Below are positions 23,560 to 34,230 of a stretch of DNA of 64,000 nucleotides, in pieces. Within the stretch, counting starts at the first letter, position 1, and the number at the start of each line of letters is the position of its first letter. The stretch comes from Sminthopsis crassicaudata (Eukaryota), in NCBI RefSeq assembly GCF_048593235.1, contig NC_133617.1, forward strand, positions 111,188,937 to 111,252,936, written 5' to 3'. The translations under genes were made by a program, and so were the position numbers. Under the pieces are notes generated by a model. That model was not told the DNA's origin and did no database searches. It was given only the letters and a program-made list of their open reading frames with translations.

Positions 23560-25689
23560 TGTTAGGATTACTAGGTGAGAACTCAGGTTGTCTGGACAGT
23601 GACAAGGTGAGAATTCAGGTTGTCTGGACAATTACAAGGTGAGAACTCAGGTTGACTTGATAGAAGGAGCAAGCTCATTGGCTGAAGTGGTTCTTCCCAG
23701 AAGCCCTTGCATTATCCCACGCCCATTCTCTGGGAGGATAAAAGAGGACAGCACTCCAGGAAGAGGAGAAGTCTCTGCATTACATCAGGCTTGACGCACC
23801 TCTCTGCAGGAAGGGAAGTCACTTCTCTGGACAAGAGTTAACAGCAACTGCCTGGAGACAATGGTTCGCTACAGGAAGAAGAATCTGTCTGAAAGATTTG
23901 AGTAGACACAGCAGATCTCTTCCCAGAGAGCGATCCAGCAGCTTCTGGAGACGACAGCTCGCTACAACTCCTAACGCCACTGAGCTTTGCAAACCCGCTT
24001 CTCTTTCTTAGAGGTAACACTGTTAGGATGTTAAGTCAGGTTTTTTCCTGACAGCTAAAGACATGCCCCAAACTCATGTTGCCTTTCTGCAAGCAAATGG
24101 CAAGTTCCACTAAAGAATGACACTTTCTTTCCATCATTATTAAAACCCTTTTCTATCTGCTCAGACTCCACCTCATATCTACCATTCCTGATATCCATCT
24201 TAGCTCTCAATTTTTGGGTCGTGAAAATTATCTTTTGATACCAGTCAAAACATTCTGCTACTCTATGCTCTCACATCTGCTGCCTCCCTCTCTTCTTTTC
24301 CCTCTTTCTACCATGCTGTCTCTTTCTTTCTATCCACCTATCACATCAATAATCCTTTACAATTTTAGGTTTTAGTATTATGACAATAACCTTATTTGAT
24401 GAGCAATTTCACAATTTTCATAAATAATAGCAAAGAAACACAACATAGCTTATCACAAAAATAGATAGGAATCTCATTTAATTTATACTCATTTCCAACT
24501 TCAACATACACACCAATTAAGAAAAGTTTTTTTTTTTTTCTTTAAATCAATATTTAACCTTGTGGCATTCTTACTAGATATTCTATTCAAACAATCAATT
24601 GCTTTTGCAAACCCATCTTTCTTGTCCCTGGCTTTTAAAACCATTCTTATTCAAAATATATATAATATCTAAATAACTGTGGACCCAATTGCACAAAGCT
24701 CATGCAAATGTCCAGGCAAACTGATGAAATTTTCAAGCATAGATCTTAATTTTGATAAATTACCCAATAAACATTTTAGAAAGCAACATATTTCATTTAA
24801 TTAGTGGATACAAACATGTGACCTATTAAGATAAGTGGCCAGATTTTTGTTTTATTCACCTATTTTTTTAAACATAAAATCATATCTAATATAGATACAA
24901 ATTTTCTGTAATGCTTCAATGTCTACACACAAATGTCTAAGATCTTGTGTTTAAATTAAAGAAATTCACAATTCTAGTACAGACCAATGAATAGTGATTG
25001 TTTCATGCAACTGTAATAGAGATTCATCATCTAAAATTTACAACTCATCTTGCTATCTAGGGAGGTGGGCTTAAGCACAACATTCCAGGTGTAAAAGCCA
25101 ACGATTAAAAAATATTTTTTCCTTAACAAAGTTGCACATTATCAATAAACTCATCCTTCATTGGGATCTTTGTAACTCCAACTAGTTATTTCTCAGGGAT
25201 AACAAGCTTACTCACAAGATACTTTCAAGAAGCCTAACATACTTACAATTTAAGAGAAATTCCAGAAAATAACTCCTCTTCACTTTCTGGTTACTTTGTT
25301 CGACTGATACCCTCTTTCTTTTTTCTCTTTCACTTGTCCTAGTTGAGAGCTGCATACTCTCTGGTCTCCAGGCTTTAAAGTGCAAACTTGATCCAGATGT
25401 CTTTTAGGGGTCTGTTTTTTATTTTTGTTGTTGTTTTGTTTTGTTTTTCAGCTACAAACTTTTAGTTTAGAGAAAATTACCTACTTGATCAAGTTTTTTC
25501 TTTTCCCATTTTATTTTCAAGTTCATTTGTAGGACTAGTAGGGGAATTATTACAGAGCTTGAAATTAACCCTTTTGCAATAAATCTACTAGTGCCTTGGC
25601 AAATTAGCTAAGTCAAATCCATAAAATGATTTCAAGAGAGGCAGACTCTCTACCCAGGCTCTGAGAATTAAAGGGAATTTTGGTGACCA

Positions 25690-26220
25690 GCAGGGTGATA
25701 TCAGAGAGGCCTGGAGAGACTTACTTTAACTGGTGCTAGGTGAAGTGAGCAGAACCAGGTGATCATTGTACATGGCAGCAGAAGATTGTGGGATGATCAA
25801 TTGTGATGGAATTGGCTTTCTACAACAATGAGGTGATTCAGGCCTATACCAATGATCTTGTGATGGTGAGAGATATCTACCCCCAGAAACTGGATTGTAG
25901 GAACTGAGAGTAGATGACAATATAACGTTTTGGTATGATTTGCTTGAATTTTATCTTGTTTCTGTGTTTTTTATTTTTATTTATTTATTTTTTTGCTTTC
26001 TGATCTTATTTTTTTGTGCAGCAACCTAATTGTGTAAATCTGCATGCGTATTTTGAAAAGAACATGCATTATAATCATTCTTAGCATATGTTAGATTGCA
26101 TGCCATCTAGGTGGGGGGAAGGTGGAAATAATTAGAATGTAAGGTTTTTCAAGGATCACTGTTGAAAAAATTAGGCTTGCCTATGTTTTAGAAATAAAAA
26201 TATCAATAAAAATAAATAAA
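25690..26220 (+). mobile_element. Older L1 3' end
   Basis: gaggcctggagagactta...ctggtgctaggtgaagtgagcagaaccagg plus 3'UTR. Inverted paralog at 51330-51870. Confidence 0.85.
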
Positions 26221-27189
26221 AGGAAGGTTGACAAAAGAGTATGAATGGGAAGGAAAAAAAAGGGAAGAAAGAGAGGAGGAGGAGGAAAATGTCACTTCTA
26301 TTGTCCTGTCAATAAAGAAAACCAAATATCTGTCCTAGACTTGAACCAGAAAGAGAAAAGAAGTGAAAGCTGAATCCAAAAAAGTTTTACAAAGAAGCAT
26401 ATAATATCTGTTTTATCTATGCATATTGGATACAAATATATTTTTTCCTTATTAATTGACAATCAGACAAAGACAAGAATTTAAAAAGTTAAATGTTGAG
26501 AGATATTTTTAATCTTTTGTAAAGATACACTCTGGGTGGAAGATGAGAAAGTATGTAATGAGAGTCAATGGGAAATACAGTTTGAAATCCAAGTAAGGCT
26601 TAGGTTCAAGAAACTATGTAACCAACAAGCTTCCTGTTTCTGCACATATACTCCAGCCTTGAAATCACAAAGGTGACTGGAAGAACTCAAGTGATAGAAC
26701 AGAAAAAACGGTTCCATGTGATGTCATCACTTCCTCACAAACAGTTACTAGGATAAAAGCCCAGGAATCTCANNNNNNNNNNNNNNNNNNNNNNNNNNNN
26801 NNNNNNNNNNNNNNNNNNNNNNNNNNNNNNNNNNNNNNNNNNNNNNNNNNNNNNNNNNNNNNNNNNNNNNNNNNNNNNNNNNNNNNNNNNNNNNNNNNNN
26901 AGTGCCAAAGCCAGACACAGGGAGAACGAGAGGGAGAGAGGTGGAAGGAGGAGGAGAGAAGGAGTGAAGTGGTAGGAGAAGGAGAGAAAGAGAGAGGTGG
27001 TAGGACAAGGAGAGAAGGAGAGAGGTGGTAGGAGAGAGAGATCGAGAGGGGCGAAGGGTAGAGACAGGGAGTAAGATAGGCAAAGGGGGAGGGTTTGAGG
27101 AGAGGGGATTGTGGGAGAAAGGGTTAGGAGAGGTCTAGGAATAGAGGGATTGGGAAAGGGAGAAGGGTAATAGAAAAAGAGATATAGAG

Positions 27190-27850
27190 GTAGAGATGTT
27201 AAATAGAAAAGATATAGATATAGAGAAGATAGAGATAGATATAGAGAAGTCAGACATAGATATAGAGAAGACAGAGGTAGATATAGAGAAGTCAGACATA
27301 GATATGGAGAAGGCAGAGATAGATATAGAGAAGTCAGAGATAGATATAGAGAAGATAGAGATAGATATAGTGAAGATAGAGATAGATATAGAGAAGTCAG
27401 AGATAGATATAGAGAAGACAGAGATAGATATAGTGAAGATATAATTATACAGAAGTAAAGATATAGAGAAGATAGAGATAGATATAGAGAAGGTAGAGAT
27501 AGATATAGAGTAGATAGAGATATAGAGAAGACAGAGATAGATAATAGAGATGGCAGAGATAGATATAAAGTATAGATAGATATAGGTAACAGATATAGGG
27601 ATAGTTTTAGAGAAGATAGAGATAGATATAAAAAGAATAAAGATATAGAAAAGATAGAGATCTATATAGAGATGACAGAGATAGATATAGAGTATAGATA
27701 GATATAGGGAATACAGGGATAGATATAGAGAAGAAAAAGATAGATAGAGAGTAAATAGAGAGTGATACAAAGAAGATAGAGATCTAGAGAAGTTACAGAT
27801 TTAGAGCAGATAGACAAATATAGTTATAGAGATAGAGAAGATAGAAGATA
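27190..27850. repeat. Purine-rich 21-bp minisatellite (about NNAGAGATAGATATAGAGAAG) decaying into low complexity
   Basis: At least 12 units at a 21-bp period from about 27220. Confidence 0.9.
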
Positions 27851-27859
27851 GAGATTTAT

Positions 27860-27958
27860 AAAAATGATAGCTGTGCCACTGAGAACCTGAGGACCTGGCC
27901 CTGGCAAGAAGGAACCAGCCCCCAGTGGGTGCAGAGTCTGTGAGTCAGGGATGCAGCT
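27860..27958 (+). mobile_element. L1 5'UTR fragment, target of the large provirus
   Basis: Matches 41990-42076 up to gggatgcagct, where the LTR begins. Confidence 0.7.
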
Positions 27959-28468
27959 TGTCCCGTTCAGTGGGACTCAGTTATTTGTGGGGAATCGAGG
28001 GGGATCCAGTCTGAAAGAGAAACGGGCGGGGAAGGAGGAGGGAGACAGACAAATGGTTGAAGCAAGTCTCTTTTATTGTTGGAAACAGCTCAAGTTATAT
28101 AGGGTAAAGCTGGGTGCAATACGTGAGGACAAAGTTGGGAGGGGGAAAAAGGGGGGCAGGGGAGAGTGAAGCTATGTGCACTGCGTGTAATACATGTGCT
28201 ACATGCGAGAAAGGGTATGGGGGGGACTGCAGGAAGGAGCAGACGTCCCCGGGAGGAGGAGGAAGGGCATCCTGTGGTTATAATTCTTATCTGAGTCTCT
28301 AGGGTCGTTAGGCCCCGAGACATCTCTGTGGTTAACACAATACCATGGCTATGTGTTCTGAAGTGTGGGGGGTCATTCTGCTTCTCTAGCCATCTGGTCA
28401 CCATCTGTTGCTCAATGCAAAGTTTATGGTCTGGTAATTTTCCATGACTATAGTTCCTATTACCAACA
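27959..28468 (-). mobile_element. 3' LTR (510 bp)
   Basis: TGTTGG...GGGACA. TATATAA near 28096-28102 and AATAAA near 28073-28078. Preceded by the PPT AAGAAAAGGGGGA (28471-28483). Confidence 0.92.
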
Positions 28469-28755
28469 TGTCCCCCTTTTCTTATAAAAATAAAGGAACC
28501 TATACATTAGGTCGGTGGGTGGCCTGTCTTAGGCTATTGATTTGCAACTATGTCTGATGCCCATACAAAAAGGTAGTGCCCCTGTCTTAGGCTATGTGAG
28601 TGGTCCCCGTTCCCACCGGGAGCGGACTCACAATAATCCCGTCATTGGGTGCTCCTACAGCCAGGCATGATTGTCCAAAACAGAATCACAATATTCCAGT
28701 CGTGGGCTCATCCACATCTTATGGCCTAAAAGGTTCCTGAAAAGGGGGCAAGATC

Positions 28756-30733
28756 TTATCCTAAACAGAGCTTCCGGTACCATGGAGTGTTCAGCTCTGC
28801 ATTAAGGTCAGCAAAATGGAGAGGTTCAAACCGTGGGACAGACAGATCCTCTTCTGAGTCAGCATTGTGGAGCCGGTGATACAAAACCTGAACATTCTTC
28901 TGGATCGCAGAGTCGACCTGAGACTTAACAAAGGTGGTTAGTTTATTGAACAACCAAGGACCAAAGGAGATAAGAAGGAGTATACCAACGAGTGGCCCTA
29001 GTATGCTAGGGAGTAAGGTTGTTAGCCATGGGGAGGTGGAGAACCAATTGTGGTACCATGATTCTTGTTGCTCCCTTTCCCTTTTTCGTTTCTCTAAACT
29101 GTCCCTTACCTTTTGAATGCTATCTTCTACCAGACCAAGCTTGTTCACAAAGAAGCAACATTCCTCCTTCAGAGCAGCACAAAGGCCACCTTGTTGCAGA
29201 AACAACAGATCTAAACCTCTCCTGTTTTGAAGTACTACTTCCGCCAGGGAGGCCACAGTATCTTTTAAATGCTGAAGGCCTGATTGAAGTTCCTTAAGGT
29301 CTTTATCAGTGGCTGCACTTAGCTGCGCATATTGGTTATGAGTCGCAACCAAGGAGGCGATTCCAGTCCCTGCTCCCGTCAGTCCCATGCCTATTACTAT
29401 GGCAAATGTAATCGCGGTTAGGGGCTCTCTTTTTCTTCTGATCTCGGTGTCAGTCCCTGAGTTCCAGGACCGCAGCAGATCTTTAGGTTCTCGTACTGTG
29501 AGGTGTGGAAAAAGGGAAACGAGTATGCAATAGTCATGGCTATTTATAAGGCGATGGGATTCAACAAAAGTGGTAAGCCCTGTGGAGCAAGCAAAGTAAG
29601 AGTTGTTAGGGGCTGCCACGTAAAAATAAGAGTAGTTAATGGTGATTGTCAGATTGCATATGGATGTGAGCTGAGAGGGGGGGCGCATGGAAGGTCCCAG
29701 AAGACACAGACCGATGCCTATAATTTTGCTGAGAGTAAGGCCACGGTGCCCCAGCGAGGTGAGGTGGAGTAGCAAATCCAGCAATCCCCTGTCTGGGTGA
29801 AGTTAGTCCCATGGAGGGCTTGTGTGGAAGCATTTACTAAGGCTAAGAGTAGAGAGGCAGAAGATGGAGGCCCCTCGGGTATGGTGGGTTGGAGCAAGGA
29901 TGTAGGCGAGCCAGAGGGGTTAGCAGGGGTGGACAGATTCGGTTTGTGGGAGGAGGGCACTCTATGGCCTCTTCCGGTGTGTAATTCTACGTTGGGGCCG
30001 ACAGCCACTGGGGAGGAAGGGGCTGGGGGTGTTTTCAGGCGTTTGATAGTGAAGGTCAGCCCGTCATCATGATCTAACTTGTAAAGCCGGAGGCCCCAAG
30101 TGGCCCCTCAGGCCCAAGCAGCGAACTTTTTTCCTGGCTCTGTGAACTGAATTTTTAGGGGGTGGCACCATTTATTCTTGCAGGTTTTGTCAAAGGTCCA
30201 TTTTGAGTCAGACTGGCTGGGATGGGTGTAGTTTGCTGTGACAGTAATGTAATCCCAGGAGGAGGAGGGGTTCCAATACATATCACCTGTGGTCTCACAA
30301 GACCAGCTGCGACAATAAAAATCTGAAGGGCCCCCACACTTGTAAGTCAGAGAACACTCCCAATGAGCACCTGGGCATACGTAAAAGGAGACACCCCTCA
30401 ATCTGCTTCTCCTGTCTGTGGAGCCGCAGCCCCCGGCCGTGCCACCAAGGCCTACTATGGCTGGGGAGGCCCAAGGCTGTCTTTCGGGGCCTTTGTGTGA
30501 TTGTGGTAGTCCTCTAGATCCCAAGGGGGAGGAGCTCCTAAGGCTAGTTTACAAAGGTCTGGGTATAGAGTAGGCCACCAATCAGAGGTGGAGAGTCGTG
30601 AGGTACTCCAGATGGTGTCCCCCCATGAATTGCTTACCAACCATGTGTAGTTGAACAAGGAATATTGACTGGCGGTGGTCGGTGTAGGAGGAGGCAAGGA
30701 TAGCAAAAGCATTCCCAGTACAGGAACCTTCAT
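28756..30733 (-). pseudogene. env: MLV-like gammaretroviral envelope (two frameshifts, one in-frame stop)
   Basis: Signal MKVPVLGMLLLSL; [15 protein letters not shown]; FYVCPG...[16 protein letters not shown]; CWIC; furin RRKR; ISD LQNRRGLDLLFLQQGGL; CX6CC (CAALKEECC); TM. Stop at 30108-30110. Confidence 0.96.
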
Positions 30734-32804
30734 GATGTTGTCTGTAAGAGAGCAGAAACAGAAATTTCCTCAGCGGGGTCTCTGGGCGGATCATAAAGTT
30801 TAACCAGATGTTCTGGGAGCCATCTGGCATTTTGTGCTTGTAAATCATAAATACAGGCATGTCCCTTGCCCCAGATTAGGACCGGGTCAGGACCCTGCCA
30901 TTTGTTGGACAAAGGGTCCTTCCATATTGCTTGTGCATAAGTATTGGCTGTGGATGAGTGCCAGAGGCGATCAGCAGCAGATTTGCCCTCAACATTGTAA
31001 GTAAGACAATTCAACACAAACAATGCATGGTTTAAGAGAGTTTTGAAATTACCTGCTTTGGGATATAAATTTTCTCCCCCTGATTGCAATTTGGAAATCA
31101 TATTTTTCAAAGTTTGGTGAGCTCTTTAAACGATCCCCTGACCCTGGGGGTTGTATGGTATGCCTGTAATGTGTTTAATTTCCATCTGAGCGCAAAATTG
31201 TTTGAAGGTTGCGCTAGTGTAGCCAGGACCATTGTCAGTTTTAAGGATCCTTGGTTTTGGGACAACTGACAAGAAGGCTAAAATGTGGTAGACAACATAT
31301 TTAGAGGCTTCTCCTGTTTGTAAGGATGCAAAGATGAAACCACTAAACGTATCGATGGAGACATGAATGTACCTCAGTTTGCCAAAGGGGGGGTAATGAG
31401 TGACGTCAATCTGCTATAGCTCGCTGGGGACTAACCCACGGGGGTTCACTCCCAGAAGAGGCTCAGGAAGGAGGGTAAGGCAGTTTTTACACTGCCGAAC
31501 AATCTGGCGAGCCTGTTCACGGGTGATGGAGAATTTAAGCCTTAGAGTGTGAGCATTGAGGTGGTGTAGGGTGTGAGCTTGTTGTGCCGCACAGGGAGGA
31601 GTGGTCGAGAGGGTGGTAGCAATGAGCTGTGTGGCCTGATCAACCTTATCATTCCCTTCTACCAAAGGTCCAGGGAGGCCAGAATGGGCACGAATATGGC
31701 CAATGAAAAAGGGCTCTGAGCAGGTAAGGATTAGCTGTTGGAGCTTCGCAAACAAGGGAGAGGCATTAGTCGTGGGGCAGATATAGGGCACTGTTTCCAA
31801 GAGGGGAACAGAATGAGCTATATAGGCACTATCGGTGTACAGATTGAATGGTTCTGTTAGCGATTCAAACACCTTAATGATTGCAGCAAGCTCAACCAGT
31901 TGTGCGGATGTAAAATTGGTTTCAAAGTGAGAGACTTGTCCATCAACACTAAAGGCCGCAATACCAGTGGATGACCCATCAGTAAATATCAGCCGAGCTC
32001 CTGGAATCGGGACAGATTTCGTTCCCTTCGGGAAGATCACAGGTGTCCTTTGTAAAAACTGAATCAATTTGTCAGAGGGAAAGTGATCGTCAATAGTTCC
32101 CTGAAAAGAGATGGAGCTGGTGGCCCAATCGTCATCGTTTTGAACAAGCCATAGTACCTGAGAGGCTGTGTAGGGGGGAAACAATGTGATCGGGGTCTTT
32201 TCCAAAAAGCTTCAAGGCGGCCCCCCTACTGAGACGAAGAAGAGTAGCAACCAGGTAGGGGTACGTGGGCAGGATTTTGGAAGGAGATGCGGGTAGGTGA
32301 ACCCAAAATAATGGTTTTGTTGCCAGAGTAAACCCGTGGGTGCAAAGGGAGTAGGGAATATAAGGAGCCATAGAGGTTGATGGGGCAAAGTAACCTATGT
32401 GTTGTTCGGGGATTGCAGCTTCTATGGTGATCAAGGCTTCTCGGGCTTCGGGAGTAAATGAGCGCGGGGAGGAGGGATCAGGGTTTCCTTTTAGGATGTC
32501 AAAGAGGGGTTTCAATTCCCCCGTTGAAATTTGCAAGTAGGGTCTAAGCCAGTTTATGTCACCAAGCAATTTCTGGAAATCATTAAGGGTGTGTAACCGA
32601 TCTGTCCGCAATTGAAACTTTTGGGAAAGGATATTGTTAGAAAGTAGCTCAAACCCTAGGAACAGTTGAGGAGGTTGGGTTTGAATTTTTTCTGGAGAGA
32701 TTAAAAGGCCTCGAGACTGGAGATCAGAAATAAGCGATTGACAGACCTGGGACAGGTGAGGCTCATCGGACCCCACCAAAAGAATATCATCCATGTAATG
32801 GATA

Positions 32805-32854
<50 letters not shown>

Positions 32855-33400
32855 TATCTCAGGATGACACAACCTGAATGGGTCAATGGTTTGGGCCACG
32901 TATTTTTGACAAAGGGTGGGGTTGTTAGCCATGCCCTGAGGGAGGACTCTCCATTGAAAGAGCAGTGAAGGGCCCACACAGTTGAATAGGGAGACTGAAA
33001 GCAAAGCGTTTGCAATCATCGGGGTGGAGGGGAATAGAGAAAAAACAATCTTTGAGATCTATCACTATTTTAAAAAATCCTCTTGGGATGGCCACGGGGG
33101 AGGGGAGTCCAGGCTGGAGTGCCCCCCATGGGGACCAGTGTTTTATTCACTGACCTAAGATCATGCAATAAGCGCCATTTACCAGAGCGTTTTTGAATGA
33201 CAAAAATGGGCGTATTCCAAGGGGATGTGGATGGTTCAATGTAGCCAGCGGCCAGTTGTTCCTGCACTAACTCAGTGGCTGCAGCCAGCTTCTTTTTGGG
33301 TAGGGGCCATTGATCAATCCAGATGGGGAGGTCATCTTTCCAAGTGATCTTGTCTGCCTGGTGTGCAGGTGGATCAGTGGCCCCTATGAAAAATGTTTGC
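30730..33400 (-). pseudogene. pol: Class II pol (RT, RNase H, IN), disrupted
   Basis: [41 protein letters not shown] zinc finger, KTDNG. Stops at 31414-31416 (W>*) and 31126-31128 (catalytic E>*), plus several frameshifts. Confidence 0.96.
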
Positions 33401-34230
33401 CATAGCCTAGACCTGTGTGAGAGGCCTTGGGGGAGGTATGGATAGTAGAAGTCCGGCCCTGGCCTGACTTTCCCAGGCCTTGTCCCAGGAGGAATCCCTG
33501 AGAAAGCATTTGATGAGTTACAATTGCATTTGGGCTGCACATGAATACTCCCATTTGGGTGAGGATGTCTCTGCCCCAGATTAACAGGCAACCCGGGCAC
33601 GACGAAAGGCCGTACCGTGCCAGAATTTTCTTCCTCGTCCAACCAGGTCAGGAGCTGTGAGCTGTGGAGGGTGTTTTTAGACTGACCAAGGCCCCGCAAA
33701 TGAGTCATAGACTGTTGTAAAGGCCAGTTGGAGGGCCAAGCATTTTGTGAAATAACGGTAGAGTTGGCCCCAGAGTCAAGGATACCCTTGAAGACCTTTC
33801 CCTGAATGGTGAGTTTAAGGGTGGGTCATTCCTGGGTGATCTTATGGACCCAGTAAAGGTCAGAGGAGCCAGGATTGGAGGCCGCTCTGGTAGTGGCGAC
33901 AGATGGATAATTATTAATCAATGGGAGGGGCAGGGCTTGGGCCAAGGAGTCCCGGTCTAATGTGAATAGGCCCATAGGGGGCGGAAGCCAACAGTTTAAT
34001 TTCCCCGGTGTAATCAATGTCAACTACAGAGGGGTGAACGGAGAGGCCCTTCAAGGTAGAAGTAGCCTGCCCCAAGATTAAGAAGTAGGTAGAAGGTGGG
34101 GGAGGGCCATGGACTCCTGTGGGAATAATTTGCACTCCATCCTCAGGTCTCAAAATTGTTGAGGAGGAGGCACACAGGTCCACTCCTGCGCTGCCTGCTG
34201 TGGCTCGGAGGAGGGAGAACAGAGGCTGTG
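33380..34230 (-). pseudogene. pro: pro: dUTPase, aspartic protease and G-patch
   Basis: GSAGVDLC...GEIKLLASAP (dUTPase); GILDSGA (protease); [19 protein letters not shown]...GLGY (G-patch). Frameshifted. Confidence 0.92.

Larger units (their letters stand above)
22235..23966 (+). mobile_element. Internally deleted class II (betaretrovirus-like) provirus, 1732 bp
   Basis: LTRs 22235-22641 and 23560-23966 (407 bp, TG...CA, 3 mismatches). TSD ACTCCT at 22229-22234 and 23967-23972. Partial PBS, integrase remnant and PPT present. Confidence 0.97.

Noticed and set aside
27135-27770. 211-aa minus ORF and 82-aa DIEK-repeat plus ORF
   Set aside because: By-products of the 21-bp purine-rich minisatellite, which lacks stops in those frames. 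No coding evidence.
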